In this document: piece by piece, positions 1 to 9,258 of the stretch | Layout of the letters: each line of letters opens with the position of its first letter | Numbering within the stretch: the first letter of the stretch is position 1 | Virus record (IMG/VR): IMGVR_UViG_3300026512_000005 | Span: 51,991-115,990 of that record | Direction: 5' to 3' (one strand) | DNA: 64,000 nt | Source of the DNA: a virus | Notes under the pieces: generated by a model | The model's input: only the letters and a program-made list of their open reading frames with translations | What the model was told of the DNA's origin: nothing | Databases searched by the model: none | Position numbers and translations under genes: made by a program

Positions 1-2139
1 ACCTACAGACGAGTATAATGTGTTAAGTATTTCTAACCCTCTATCTGTACCAAATTTAACCGTCTTTCTGTCGATAAGTTTTGGTATATTAGTGGGTTGT
101 GCTGCTGATAGTATTTTACTATAAACCATTTTATGTGTTGTTAGTGAAGCGTTCATGTCCTTTAATTCTGCCATTAGTTCTTGACCACCGTAGGCTACAT
201 AAATCCTACCCTCAGTTTCACCATTTGTACGAACTGGATTATTTTTATACGGTAAAGCATTTTTATCTTTCTTATTAACTACTACTGGTAAACCATGATA
301 GTTAACAGAAGCTGATGAAGTTGTTAAAATGTCGTCTGCTATTTTATTTAACATAATAATATACATAGGTGCAATCATTATGTCATCTACAGTAGTAGCT
401 GTGACACCATCCAGTGTAAAGGTAACTGGACCACTATCTGCCGCATAAATAGATTGTTTAAGTTCCTCTACTATCATATACTTACGCTTTTCATTATCTA
501 ATCGTAGGTATATTTTAAATGCATCCTCTACTATATTAATTATAGTTAAACGCATTACTTCATAATTATTACTACTATATATATTCTCATATTTATCAGT
601 GAACATATTTTGTAATATTCTAGCGAAACCTAGAGGTATCTTAAATAATTCTTTAGCATCGTCATCAGTTATATTAGATGGATTACTATATCCTAATTCA
701 CTTAGTCGCTTAGCTACTAGTTTCTCTACTTTTAACATACTACCTTTTATGTAGTATTCATAAAGTCTACCGCCATTTAACCGACTCGGGGTAGATTTAA
801 TGTCACCTATTACATCCGCAACATTACCAAACGCATCCCTAGGCATATCCTTCTTAGGGAGTATTTTCGTGATGATTCCTTTATTAGCGGAGAAATCCGT
901 GAACTTAGGACCTTTTATTTTAGGTAGAAATGTATGTTCTATAACTATCTCTAAACGATATAGAGACAGAGGTGATAACTTATACATCTTCTTCAGTTTA
1001 CTATTAGGTCTAGCACTCTCCACCATACCATACGCCTCTACAATTAGTGTATTGAAACTTTCACCTACAATTAGATCGGTACCTGTTATAGCTCGAGTTT
1101 CTTTATTTAACGTTTCATAAACATCTATAATTTGTTTATAATAGTCAATGGTAGATGCGTGGTATTTTTCTAATAGTTCATCTGTTTTAGTTGGTATACG
1201 TTTTCTCCGTTTAGGATTTTTGAATACTTTAACATCTACTACTAGACCGCCACCTGTCCTATCGTACACTACTTCGTCGAATATAGGATTGTATTCACAT
1301 AAATCTTTCTTACTTAACAACCCAGCCGCGTATCTATAATCATATTTACGTTTGGCAAATACTACACCATCCTCGTTTATACGTTCGCCAAGTTCTTTAA
1401 AAGGAACGTATTTCTCTGGGTCACCACTCTGGTTTATAAGAAATTCATCTTCATCTATTTCTATGGTTCTAGTCTCATAAAGATTAAACTTAAACTTTTC
1501 ACAAAATTCATCGCTAACCATAAACCCATCCTCATCGTTCTGTTCTAACGGCATCAAACATACGTTGACATTACGACCATCACCGTAACTACCATCTTCC
1601 TTTATAGAACCAGAACTTGCTAAGATAGTTCCTGACTCCACTATATCCCCACGAACATAATTTTCTACCTCATCTGCTATTTTATTTTCATAACCAAAAT
1701 ACGTATGTAACTTGCTATATCTAGGTATTTCTATACAATTAATTATACCGGAATCTATCTCTCTATATATTATAAGACTTTCTGCAGATAAAGAGCTACC
1801 ATATGTGTGGTGTCGTTTTACTACAGATATAATCTCACTTGTTCTCTCTATCTTTTTCATAAGACTATACTTACCTAATTCATAATCAACACCAGTTTGT
1901 ATCGTGTTAATATCCGTTTCGCATAGTGTTAATGTATTGGAGCGTTGTGATGCACCCATTATACCACGTGGGGAACTATTATGCTCTATGGCAAAGTTGT
2001 TGCCTGATGTCGAAAAGAACTTATGGTTTAATTTAAGTCTTGGGTCTGTTTCTACAAACCAACTCATATTTTCTTTAAAGAACTCCAAGTTCCCACGATG
2101 CACTTGTTCTAATGCTTGTTTATTTACGAAACCTCTCAT
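1..2139 (-). CDS. Non-virion RNA polymerase beta subunit, C-terminal part (phiKZ gp71/73-like); 3' end runs off the window
   Basis: Absent from the ORF track (truncated) and translated by hand from ATG at 2139 behind an AAGGAAG RBS. In-frame RpoB-like motifs: NSSPRGIMGASQRS, GRNVNVCLMPLEQNDEDG, KFTDFSANKGIITKILPKKDMP...PSRLNGG, NPVRTNGETEGRIYVAYGG. Confidence 0.9.
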   Translation of the reverse strand, partial: MRGFVNKQALEQVHRGNLEFFKENMSWFVETDPRLKLNHKFFSTSGNNFAIEHNSSPRGIMGASQRSNTLTLCETDINTIQTGVDYELGKYSLMKKIERTSEIISVVKRHHTYGSSLSAESLIIYREIDSGIINCIEIPRYSKLHTYFGYENKIADEVENYVRGDIVESGTILASSGSIKEDGSYGDGRNVNVCLMPLEQNDEDGFMVSDEFCEKFKFNLYETRTIEIDEDEFLINQSGDPEKYVPFKELGERINEDGVVFAKRKYDYRYAAGLLSKKDLCEYNPIFDEVVYDRTGGGLVVDVKVFKNPKRRKRIPTKTDELLEKYHASTIDYYKQIIDVYETLNKETRAITGTDLIVGESFNTLIVEAYGMVESARPNSKLKKMYKLSPLSLYRLEIVIEHTFLPKIKGPKFTDFSANKGIITKILPKKDMPRDAFGNVADVIGDIKSTPSRLNGGRLYEYYIKGSMLKVEKLVAKRLSELGYSNPSNITDDDAKELFKIPLGFARILQNMFTDKYENIYSSNNYEVMRLTIINIVEDAFKIYLRLDNEKRKYMIVEELKQSIYAADSGPVTFTLDGVTATTVDDIMIAPMYIIMLNKIADDILTTSSASVNYHGLPVVVNKKDKNALPYKNNPVRTNGETEGRIYVAYGGQELMAELKDMNASLTTHKMVYSKILSAAQPTNIPKLIDRKTVKFGTDRGLEILNTLYSSVG

Positions 2140-2163
2140 TGTACTTCCTTTTTATTATTGTAT

Positions 2164-2181
2164 TTACATTTTAATAATATA
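2164..2181 (-). promoter_or_regulatory. Putative early (virion RNAP) promoter
   Basis: TATATTATTAAAATG upstream of nvRNAP beta; one of nine copies. Confidence 0.65.
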
Positions 2182-2214
2182 TACTAATAAAAGGATAGAG
2201 GTCAAACCTTTATA

Positions 2215-2240
2215 ATATATAGGACAAACGTCCTATATAT
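2215..2240. terminator. Palindromic hairpin
   Basis: ATATATAGGAC-aaac-GTCCTATATAT, overlapping a stop codon. Confidence 0.55.
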
Positions 2241-2553
2241 CTTTAATATTAGAAATTATGGTTTCCACTGTTTCAGGGTTAAGTATCATAAGATTTAACC
2301 TACCATCATAAGTTAATGATGATTTAAACCCATTGATACGTATTATTAAATAAATAGCAAAATTTGGTATATTAAATTCATTATGAAGTAACCCATACAA
2401 ATTACCTTTATATTTTTCACCTTTATACGGTTCAAGCGTTACCATCGTTATATTATCACGAATTAATTGTGTATCCAGTAATGATTCAAATTTGTGAATA
2501 GTTTCTGCATCCAGTTGCATTGTATCATCACCCATCATATTTACTATATCCAT
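2233..2553 (-). CDS. Small conserved jumbo-phage protein (possible LysM/tail-X-like fold)
   Basis: Start moved to MDIVNM (GGAG RBS). Motif KYKGNLYGLL..IP...IIRING; lies between the gp70-like and nvRNAP beta genes. Confidence 0.5.
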   Translation of the reverse strand: MDIVNMMGDDTMQLDAETIHKFESLLDTQLIRDNITMVTLEPYKGEKYKGNLYGLLHNEFNIPNFAIYLIIRINGFKSSLTYDGRLNLMILNPETVETIISNIKDI

Positions 2554-2591
2554 AGTTACAACTCCAAAAAAAAAATGTCTATAGGGGAGGG

Positions 2592-3998
2592 TTACCACCC
2601 AGCCCCTATAACTCTAGCATGTCCATGCTGTGTCTGTACATTACGTACGCTACCATGATTACTGACTGCACGTGTAGGTTCTCGACTATTAACTAGTCTT
2701 GGTGTAGCACGACTAGCGTAAGAACTACGTCCATTATCATAATCCCTAGACTGTGGTCTATTATAACTAGGCTGTCTATTATAAGACTGTCTATCGTACA
2801 TATCCTCATTAGCTGGTAGACGATCGTTACGTACTGGTGGGTTTTCCCAAGGTGGCAAATCAGCAGTACGTTGATCGTATCTAACAGCTGGTTCTCTAAT
2901 AGGTTCGCGAACTGGACGACTATACGATGCAGGTTGACGATCGTAACTTCTGACTGGTGGTAAGGCTGGTTCTCTAGACTTACTCTCCATTCTATCCCAG
3001 AAACTACCAGTATCGGCTTTTGCCCTTGCGGTTGTGACTGGAGTATTAGATACAGGTATACTACCAGTTAACTCCGAAGGTGTACGTTTTATCTCTTGTT
3101 CCATATCATTAATAATACCAGTTAGATCGACTATATTATATGGTAAAGGTTTAAGTCTTATGAGCTCCTTAATATCATCCTCTATATCGGAAGTTAAGAC
3201 TGAAGCTATTATATTTTCTAACTTACTGTATATTCTATCATACATTGTTAATAACACGTGCGTCGATGGTGCTATTCGATTTAAACTACCTATTTGAATA
3301 CCGTCAACTATATTTGTAATATCTCCCACTATAAATTCAAATAATGATTTAAATGTATGTACGTCTTTGTTACGTAATTTAACATCTAGTACCGTTGTTT
3401 CTTTACTAGGTAAAGTGAATAGTTCTTCACCTATGGGGAAAGTTATTACGCCTATACGGTTATATTTGACATCATTTAACTTGCCACCCTTTGATACTAC
3501 CAAAGTGATATGTTTTTTACTAATGTACTTGTTAACAATATTTTCATATATATGTGACCAGTTTTCCACAGTCTTTTGGTCTATAAGTGTCTTAGCTGTA
3601 GACTTATAACGACTCACTAATGAAGACAATTTCATCAGAGATAAATCATTGACTTCAGTATCGGTACTGGCTAATTTAACTAATAACGCTTCACATAGAT
3701 AATGTATGACACCTAATAATTTAACTTCCATACTAGTCCGTAATTTATTAAAACTGGCGTTACCACCTTTAACCGTACTCTCTAGTAGGGGGTTAAATAA
3801 TGACTTAACGGCATTACCATTCACATCCGTTAATGTGGCTATGTTATCATCTGTAGGTAGGAATGCTGGTAACTTGTTAATAAGCAGTGGTGTTTTACCA
3901 TCTGCTATTGGTACGAAAAGTTGACCATTATCATCAACCACTAAATCTATCATCTCACATAGTCCTCTATAGAACTTTGTTAATACTGTATCTTTCAT
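2592..3998 (-). CDS. phiKZ gp70-like nucleus-associated protein with R/S/Y/P-rich disordered C-terminal tail
   Basis: 468 aa. Synteny between the PicA-like and nvRNAP beta genes; low-complexity C-terminal ~150 aa. Confidence 0.55.
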   Translation of the reverse strand: MKDTVLTKFYRGLCEMIDLVVDDNGQLFVPIADGKTPLLINKLPAFLPTDDNIATLTDVNGNAVKSLFNPLLESTVKGGNASFNKLRTSMEVKLLGVIHYLCEALLVKLASTDTEVNDLSLMKLSSLVSRYKSTAKTLIDQKTVENWSHIYENIVNKYISKKHITLVVSKGGKLNDVKYNRIGVITFPIGEELFTLPSKETTVLDVKLRNKDVHTFKSLFEFIVGDITNIVDGIQIGSLNRIAPSTHVLLTMYDRIYSKLENIIASVLTSDIEDDIKELIRLKPLPYNIVDLTGIINDMEQEIKRTPSELTGSIPVSNTPVTTARAKADTGSFWDRMESKSREPALPPVRSYDRQPASYSRPVREPIREPAVRYDQRTADLPPWENPPVRNDRLPANEDMYDRQSYNRQPSYNRPQSRDYDNGRSSYASRATPRLVNSREPTRAVSNHGSVRNVQTQHGHARVIGAGW

Positions 3999-4015
3999 TT
4001 TTTTCCTTTTCCTTT

Positions 4016-5488
4016 TTATGTATAGTACTCATTGACCATTCCACGTGTAGCATCTCTAGAAACCTCTAATGCTGCATGTAACGCTGTCTCTGTTATTTCC
4101 CCATAATTTTCAGCCATTATATCTTGTCGCATATCATCCATTATAATTGGTGTATATTTAGCATCGGCAAATGTTGGATAGATATACACTACTTCTGGGC
4201 GACCATCCAATGCCATTTTAATTGTCATATCAGTACCATAACAAAATATTTCTAATTTAACTTGTGATTTATTATTGTTAGAAATAATACTCCAAGCCTT
4301 GTTTATGAATGTTGTTACAAATATCTCGCCTTGTATAGGTAAATTGATATTCTCTATAACTGATGTTAATCCATCTACTGTATACATCGGTTCGCCAGCT
4401 ACATTATTAATAGTAAAAACTACATCATCCAAGATTGACATTGACATAATGTGTGATACTGCGTCTTGTATGACCAAGGACATTCTTGTTTCATAACTGG
4501 AATCATCTGTGTACGCACCGTCATCAGTTAAGAACTGGTTACTATTAATTCTTTTAGCTGTATCTGTAGATGTCCTTACTATTATGTCTGGGTACTGACT
4601 ATCTATTAAGGATAAATCCTCTAGGGTGAAATCAGTGGCTTCACGTGATTGTATCTGGTATAATAGTTTATAGAAGTCTATGTCACTAGATGTTAGCGAT
4701 AACAGGTCACCTGTTGCTGTATCATAGATGTCGCTATCTGTTCCAGTAACACCATTTATCATAGCGTTGTCCATCAATGTAGATATAGTTTTAGATAGAT
4801 GACCCATAGGTGTTGTTTCATCTTTACTAGTAATCTGTACATTATCCAGTGAACCTATGTTGGACACGAACTTAGTATTTGCACGAACACCTTTTAAACT
4901 AGAAATTCTAGACATAATATCATCTGGTCTAGATACCTTTAGCTGACTCATGATATTATTCATAGATACAGCTGTTTCATCATATGCAACACTATATACA
5001 CCTAATGGTACTGTAACAATACTACCTGTATGGTAATCTACAGTTTTACGTAAAACACTAATACTATTTATGAATATACGCATTTTATCATCTATAGTAC
5101 CCTTATAGGAAATACCTAGAAACTCTGAATACCCAGAGATATAGTTAATGGTTGTGGTATTAGACCCTCTGTGTTTTATCTCTAATACTATAGTTACAAA
5201 GAAACGCTTCTCACTCCATCCATTAATAATTGGTGCTTGTGAAATAATTTGTGCAGATGGCATGAGTATATTGGGGTTAGCTTTGTTCATATATGTTTCT
5301 ATCATATCACGATTGGTACTACCTCTACCCATAGCGTTAATCACTACCGACTTAATTTTATTTAAATCATCATAATTAGCACTGACCTCATATGGTCGTA
5401 TATTCATAGGTTTATATGATTTTGTTTCGATTAGTTCGATATGCGTTATACGTATATCAGGACCTTGTTGCTGTTGCGGGTAATTCAT
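4016..5488 (-). CDS. picA: Putative phage-nucleus protein importer PicA/Imp1 (phiKZ gp69-like)
   Basis: 490 aa, directly downstream of the gp68-like gene in the conserved Chimalliviridae block. Motifs RPY, INGW..KRF, Y..PTFAD...TP. Assignment rests mainly on synteny. Confidence 0.6.
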   Translation of the reverse strand: MNYPQQQQGPDIRITHIELIETKSYKPMNIRPYEVSANYDDLNKIKSVVINAMGRGSTNRDMIETYMNKANPNILMPSAQIISQAPIINGWSEKRFFVTIVLEIKHRGSNTTTINYISGYSEFLGISYKGTIDDKMRIFINSISVLRKTVDYHTGSIVTVPLGVYSVAYDETAVSMNNIMSQLKVSRPDDIMSRISSLKGVRANTKFVSNIGSLDNVQITSKDETTPMGHLSKTISTLMDNAMINGVTGTDSDIYDTATGDLLSLTSSDIDFYKLLYQIQSREATDFTLEDLSLIDSQYPDIIVRTSTDTAKRINSNQFLTDDGAYTDDSSYETRMSLVIQDAVSHIMSMSILDDVVFTINNVAGEPMYTVDGLTSVIENINLPIQGEIFVTTFINKAWSIISNNNKSQVKLEIFCYGTDMTIKMALDGRPEVVYIYPTFADAKYTPIIMDDMRQDIMAENYGEITETALHAALEVSRDATRGMVNEYYT

Positions 5489-5514
5489 GTTACCTCCTTA
5501 TATCTTTTTTATAT

Positions 5515-5532
5515 TTACATTTTAATAATATA
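5515..5532 (-). promoter_or_regulatory. Putative early promoter
   Basis: TATATTATTAAAATG upstream of the picA-like gene. Confidence 0.65.
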
Positions 5533-5538
5533 TGTATG

Positions 5539-7086
5539 TTAATGTTTAGAGTCTACTGTTAGTATCATATGGGCTAACTCATTTTTTATATCTTCTCGTA
5601 TCGCAACTTCACGATTTCGTGTATCGAAGTAACGCTCTAATAAATCTTCGCTAAATATACTAAATAAATTATAACCCATAAGTTTTTTACTTAAAATAGT
5701 TATACTGTCATCTATATAGTTCACTTCTTTTTCTTGTCCATTAATTACGCTATCCTTCTGATACGGAAACGCTTCAATAAGACCATCGCGAATTTCGCTA
5801 TCCAATTTATTCCGTAGTGAGAAATTTAACTTAAATACATCTGTACTTATAGAGGTTGTAGTTAACATAAGTGCTAGGTTTTCGTAACCATTTTCGTATA
5901 GCCATATAAAGGACAAAGCCAAATGTATAAATGTTTCGCCCTCTAAGTACACAAAAGCACGAGGGTCCATTATATGTTTATGTATGATGCTAGCTATATA
6001 AATGTTCTCTTCTACTGGCAATAAATCCAAGGTTGTTTCTAATGATTTAAAAACTTTGATAATCTCATTAACTTCTTGTAGTTTTGTTGTAATACCTAAA
6101 TCATGCACCAACTTAGGTACGTTTCTAGATACATTTTTAAACTCTTCTATAAAACCACTATTAACATCAGAATTAGACCGACCACTTTCAAATACTGATT
6201 CTGCATCACCTGTATCGGTATCTTCGTTCTTGAAATACTTTATCTTTGTCTTAGACCCATTCTCTTTTAGATTAAGTTGGTCAGAAGCAAATGTATATAT
6301 CTTAGTTACTGTATTTCGTAACTCACTATCCTCCGTTTCATTGTTTAATAATAATTTCTGTATAACAACTTTACCTGTTACATAAAATGGAAAGATATCA
6401 GTTGTCAGATTACGTTCGATTATCTTTATAGCTGTACCCTCACTATTCTTCAATAATCGTTCCACCAATTTTATTAGTGATTGAAATATTTTAACAAATG
6501 GGTCAGATTTAAACAATGGGTGTGTTCTATAGAAATTAAAAAGTATCATCTCCTTATAATCAGTGCCGCCTATTACTTCCTCTTTAATAGTTGCAAAATT
6601 ACCAAGTGGACCTGTTGTTGCTTTAAGTATAGTTATTAAAGCGATAAGTTCGATATAATCGTTACGAGTATATGTTTGCTCCCTTGAACCTTTTTCGTCT
6701 AGGTCACGTGTTGTATCGTACTCTTCCGGAAACTTAGGTGGTATTTTAACATACTTAGATGTTTTAATATATTCTATCACATCTTGTAAGTCCATATAGT
6801 CTAGAACGTTATGGATTACCTTATTGGGTAGAACATCTACGTCATCACGAGATATGTTGAGAATAATCAGGTTTTTACATTCTACTAACCGATCGTATAA
6901 TCCGTCTATATACTCCTTACCTTTATATTCTAAATATCCATTTAGAATAACAAATACCGATTTTGGTAGTATTGCATCTCGTAATCTTCTATTAACAATA
7001 GTCTCTATTACAAACTCTACTGTTTTACCAGTTGTATTTGTAAAGACCACTGACACCTCCGTATTAACATTCTTTAATGAATACAT
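5539..7086 (-). CDS. Non-virion RNAP promoter-specificity subunit (phiKZ gp68-like)
   Basis: 515 aa; motif GSREQTYTRNDYIELIAL; size and synteny match the fifth nvRNAP subunit. Confidence 0.65.
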   Translation of the reverse strand: MYSLKNVNTEVSVVFTNTTGKTVEFVIETIVNRRLRDAILPKSVFVILNGYLEYKGKEYIDGLYDRLVECKNLIILNISRDDVDVLPNKVIHNVLDYMDLQDVIEYIKTSKYVKIPPKFPEEYDTTRDLDEKGSREQTYTRNDYIELIALITILKATTGPLGNFATIKEEVIGGTDYKEMILFNFYRTHPLFKSDPFVKIFQSLIKLVERLLKNSEGTAIKIIERNLTTDIFPFYVTGKVVIQKLLLNNETEDSELRNTVTKIYTFASDQLNLKENGSKTKIKYFKNEDTDTGDAESVFESGRSNSDVNSGFIEEFKNVSRNVPKLVHDLGITTKLQEVNEIIKVFKSLETTLDLLPVEENIYIASIIHKHIMDPRAFVYLEGETFIHLALSFIWLYENGYENLALMLTTTSISTDVFKLNFSLRNKLDSEIRDGLIEAFPYQKDSVINGQEKEVNYIDDSITILSKKLMGYNLFSIFSEDLLERYFDTRNREVAIREDIKNELAHMILTVDSKH

Positions 7087-7112
7087 ATTTACTTCCTTTT
7101 ATATTATTATGT

Positions 7113-7130
7113 TTACATCTTAATAATATA
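7113..7130 (-). promoter_or_regulatory. Putative early promoter
   Basis: TATATTATTAAGATG upstream of the gp68-like gene. Confidence 0.65.
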
Positions 7131-7161
7131 TGCCAATAAAAGGATAGAGGTTAAAGTACAC

Positions 7162-7189
7162 CTATCATATGGTGTTTTCCATATGATAG
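7162..7189. terminator. Palindromic hairpin downstream of the chmC-like gene
   Basis: CTATCATATGG-6nt-CCATATGATAG. Confidence 0.55.
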
Positions 7190-7196
7190 TTTCTTG

Positions 7197-7757
7197 TTAA
7201 TAGGCTTTATCTTTTTTAACTTCTAAACCCTCTGGAAACATATCTAACATGGCTTTGACGGTATCGGAGTACGCCTCCGTCCATAGTGTAGACAATTTGG
7301 TTTTATCTTTAATTAACTCACCATTTTCAACAATTGTTATATATGGGGTTGGCAATAAACCGAATGAAAACTTCTGTTCCTTGTCAGTAGTTATCTGTAT
7401 AACGTTAACTAACCCACCGTCTGTTTTAACTCGTAATATCGTAAGTTTACCATTTAACACCTTTTCGTTGTGTACACGCTTGTCATCTTCAAATTTAGCA
7501 CCATATAGATTAAACGTAACACTATAACCTTCTTTCTCATCATTGATACGAGCTAAAGCTCTACTGAATAGTCTAGAGTTAATATGTGTTAATGCCAAGT
7601 TACCTACAGAATCGAAAGACTTATAATCATCGCGTTTAACTGTATTAATATAAAGTCTAATAGTACCATTATATACACCATATGATAACGTTAAAAGTTT
7701 ATTATCTTTTATTTCTTTATAGAGTTTCAATTTACTCATTATTACATTTACATTCAT
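7197..7757 (-). CDS. chmC: Putative ChmC-like (Whirly-fold) phage-nucleus RNA-binding protein
   Basis: 186 aa with a repeated beta-rich/helix pattern (LTLSYGVYNGTIRLYINT...); immediately upstream of the gp68-like gene as in Chimalliviridae. Confidence 0.55.
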   Translation of the reverse strand: MNVNVIMSKLKLYKEIKDNKLLTLSYGVYNGTIRLYINTVKRDDYKSFDSVGNLALTHINSRLFSRALARINDEKEGYSVTFNLYGAKFEDDKRVHNEKVLNGKLTILRVKTDGGLVNVIQITTDKEQKFSFGLLPTPYITIVENGELIKDKTKLSTLWTEAYSDTVKAMLDMFPEGLEVKKDKAY

Positions 7758-7824
7758 TTGTTACTTCCTTATTTATATTTATCATATAAGATATCGTAGT
7801 TAATAAAAAGAAAAAAACAATGAT

Positions 7825-8297
7825 AACATTCTATCTGTAGACACACAAAGTGTGTCTACAGATATATAAATGTTTAGTGGTGCGTGCTATACTCATGTAT
7901 AGGAAGTAACTATGAGGTTTAAACATACTTACCGAACTGAATGTTGTGACTATTCTAATTAACAGTATAATGTAAGTATAATTAAAACATAGACTGAACT
8001 ATGTTTGGTTGTACGTTAGTACATATTTGTAAATATAATAAAGGACACCACTTGATGATTATTTCATCTGTTGGTTCATAGCAATGAACTTACATCTGGT
8101 ATTAATTACCCGATATGACCATTATAGCACTTGTCATATTTAGATGTTAAAAAAGGAAATCCAAGACACCTTAACCCAATCATTTAGTTAAGCAGGACAA
8201 AATTGTATTTAAAATTTCAAGTATCCATCACAATCATAGAACACTCTATCTACTAATAACGGCTCGTAACATTATTAGCAGATTAAAGTGTTCTCTC
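7825..8297 (-). ncRNA. Candidate large structured non-coding RNA (~470 nt), unknown family
   Basis: ORF-poor 557-bp intergenic region filled with nested helices. Mismatches are A.C on + and therefore G.U on -. TATG motif at the 5' end, hairpin plus U-tract at the 3' end. Confidence 0.6.
7832..7864 (-). terminator. 15-bp stem hairpin followed by a U-rich tract on the minus strand
   Basis: TATCTGTAGACACAC-aaa-GTGTGTCTACAGATA, with A-tract 7805-7817 on the + strand. Confidence 0.7.
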
Positions 8298-8314
8298 ATA
8301 TAATAGAAAACCAT

Positions 8315-9256
8315 TTAATAAAGTTTGCGGTATAACTTTTCTATCTCACCACCCAATACTGGATCGCGTCGTTTAATACTAGCTAACACTTCATTATTGG
8401 ACATTCGTGTAGACCAGCGTTGGTCCATAGCTATTGTATAAATATGCTTCCGTAGCTTAACGTTCTGTGGTTTAATATATACTTTATCGCCCAGTATAGG
8501 ATACAAAACTTCGGTAAAAGGAAATACGGTCATACTATTCTTACCCAGTCTGTGATATTTACTCCACCACGTATCATTATGTTTTATAGCACCGGTGTGT
8601 GATTCTAATAACTTAACATCCGCCTTAGACCTAAAGTTCAATAAATCGAAAGCTATGTGTGTTGTTATAAGTAGGTCTTTTACATACTTTAACTTATGTG
8701 TTGTTTTTACTACTAAAGCTTTGAATGGTATTAATAAATCTTTGATAGCGTCATCCTCCGTTATCTGTATATGATAGTTAATAGATGTGAAGTCATCCTT
8801 ATCTTTAAAATTAAACCAATTCTTTTTAAGTATATTATAGTCTGGTATATAAATCTGTACATCCATACCTAAACCTAAAGCTGCTTCTATAAAAATTTTT
8901 GTATCTTCTACAAAGCCTTTACGTATCTGTAAAAACGTAATAGATGATTTAAGGTATTTAATTTTACTGTTGGTGTTACCATCTAGGCAATTTACATAAT
9001 TCCTATATAAAGTTCTGGCGTTTATATAATATACTTTATTTTCTACATCTTTACGAATAAGATTTTCGAGTATAATACCTGACGCAATATTACAGCCTAT
9101 GTCAGAAATGGCTTCGGTATTTAGAACAACACCTGCTGTAACTTCCCTTGCCAATAACTTATCTAAATCAATTTTACTAATACTATCGGAAATAGTGTCC
9201 GTAGTATTAGTAACAGTTTTCATGGCTCTATCACGCATATGTGTCAACCCTGTCAT
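8315..9256 (-). CDS. Conserved phiKZ-like protein (gp66-like; possibly degenerate PIN/FEN-like nuclease fold)
   Basis: Motifs YINARTLYRN, ITTH..DLL, LLESHTG, ILGD; synteny with SbcD and ChmC. Confidence 0.5.
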   Translation of the reverse strand: MTGLTHMRDRAMKTVTNTTDTISDSISKIDLDKLLAREVTAGVVLNTEAISDIGCNIASGIILENLIRKDVENKVYYINARTLYRNYVNCLDGNTNSKIKYLKSSITFLQIRKGFVEDTKIFIEAALGLGMDVQIYIPDYNILKKNWFNFKDKDDFTSINYHIQITEDDAIKDLLIPFKALVVKTTHKLKYVKDLLITTHIAFDLLNFRSKADVKLLESHTGAIKHNDTWWSKYHRLGKNSMTVFPFTEVLYPILGDKVYIKPQNVKLRKHIYTIAMDQRWSTRMSNNEVLASIKRRDPVLGGEIEKLYRKLY

Positions 9257-9258
9257 AC

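Noticed and set aside
1-2139. Intron or homing endonuclease in nvRNAP beta, as in phiKZ gp71-73
   Set aside because: All spot-checked conserved motifs lie in one frame with normal spacing; no HNH ORF was seen.
7912-7962. + strand micro-ORF MRFKHTYRTECCDYSN with an AGGAAG RBS
   Set aside because: Only 16 aa, and the G.U bias, start motif and terminator favour a minus-strand RNA. Kept as an alternative, not annotated.
7758-8314. CRISPR mini-array or tRNA cluster
   Set aside because: No regularly spaced direct repeats and no tRNA T-loop/D-loop or CCA signatures.
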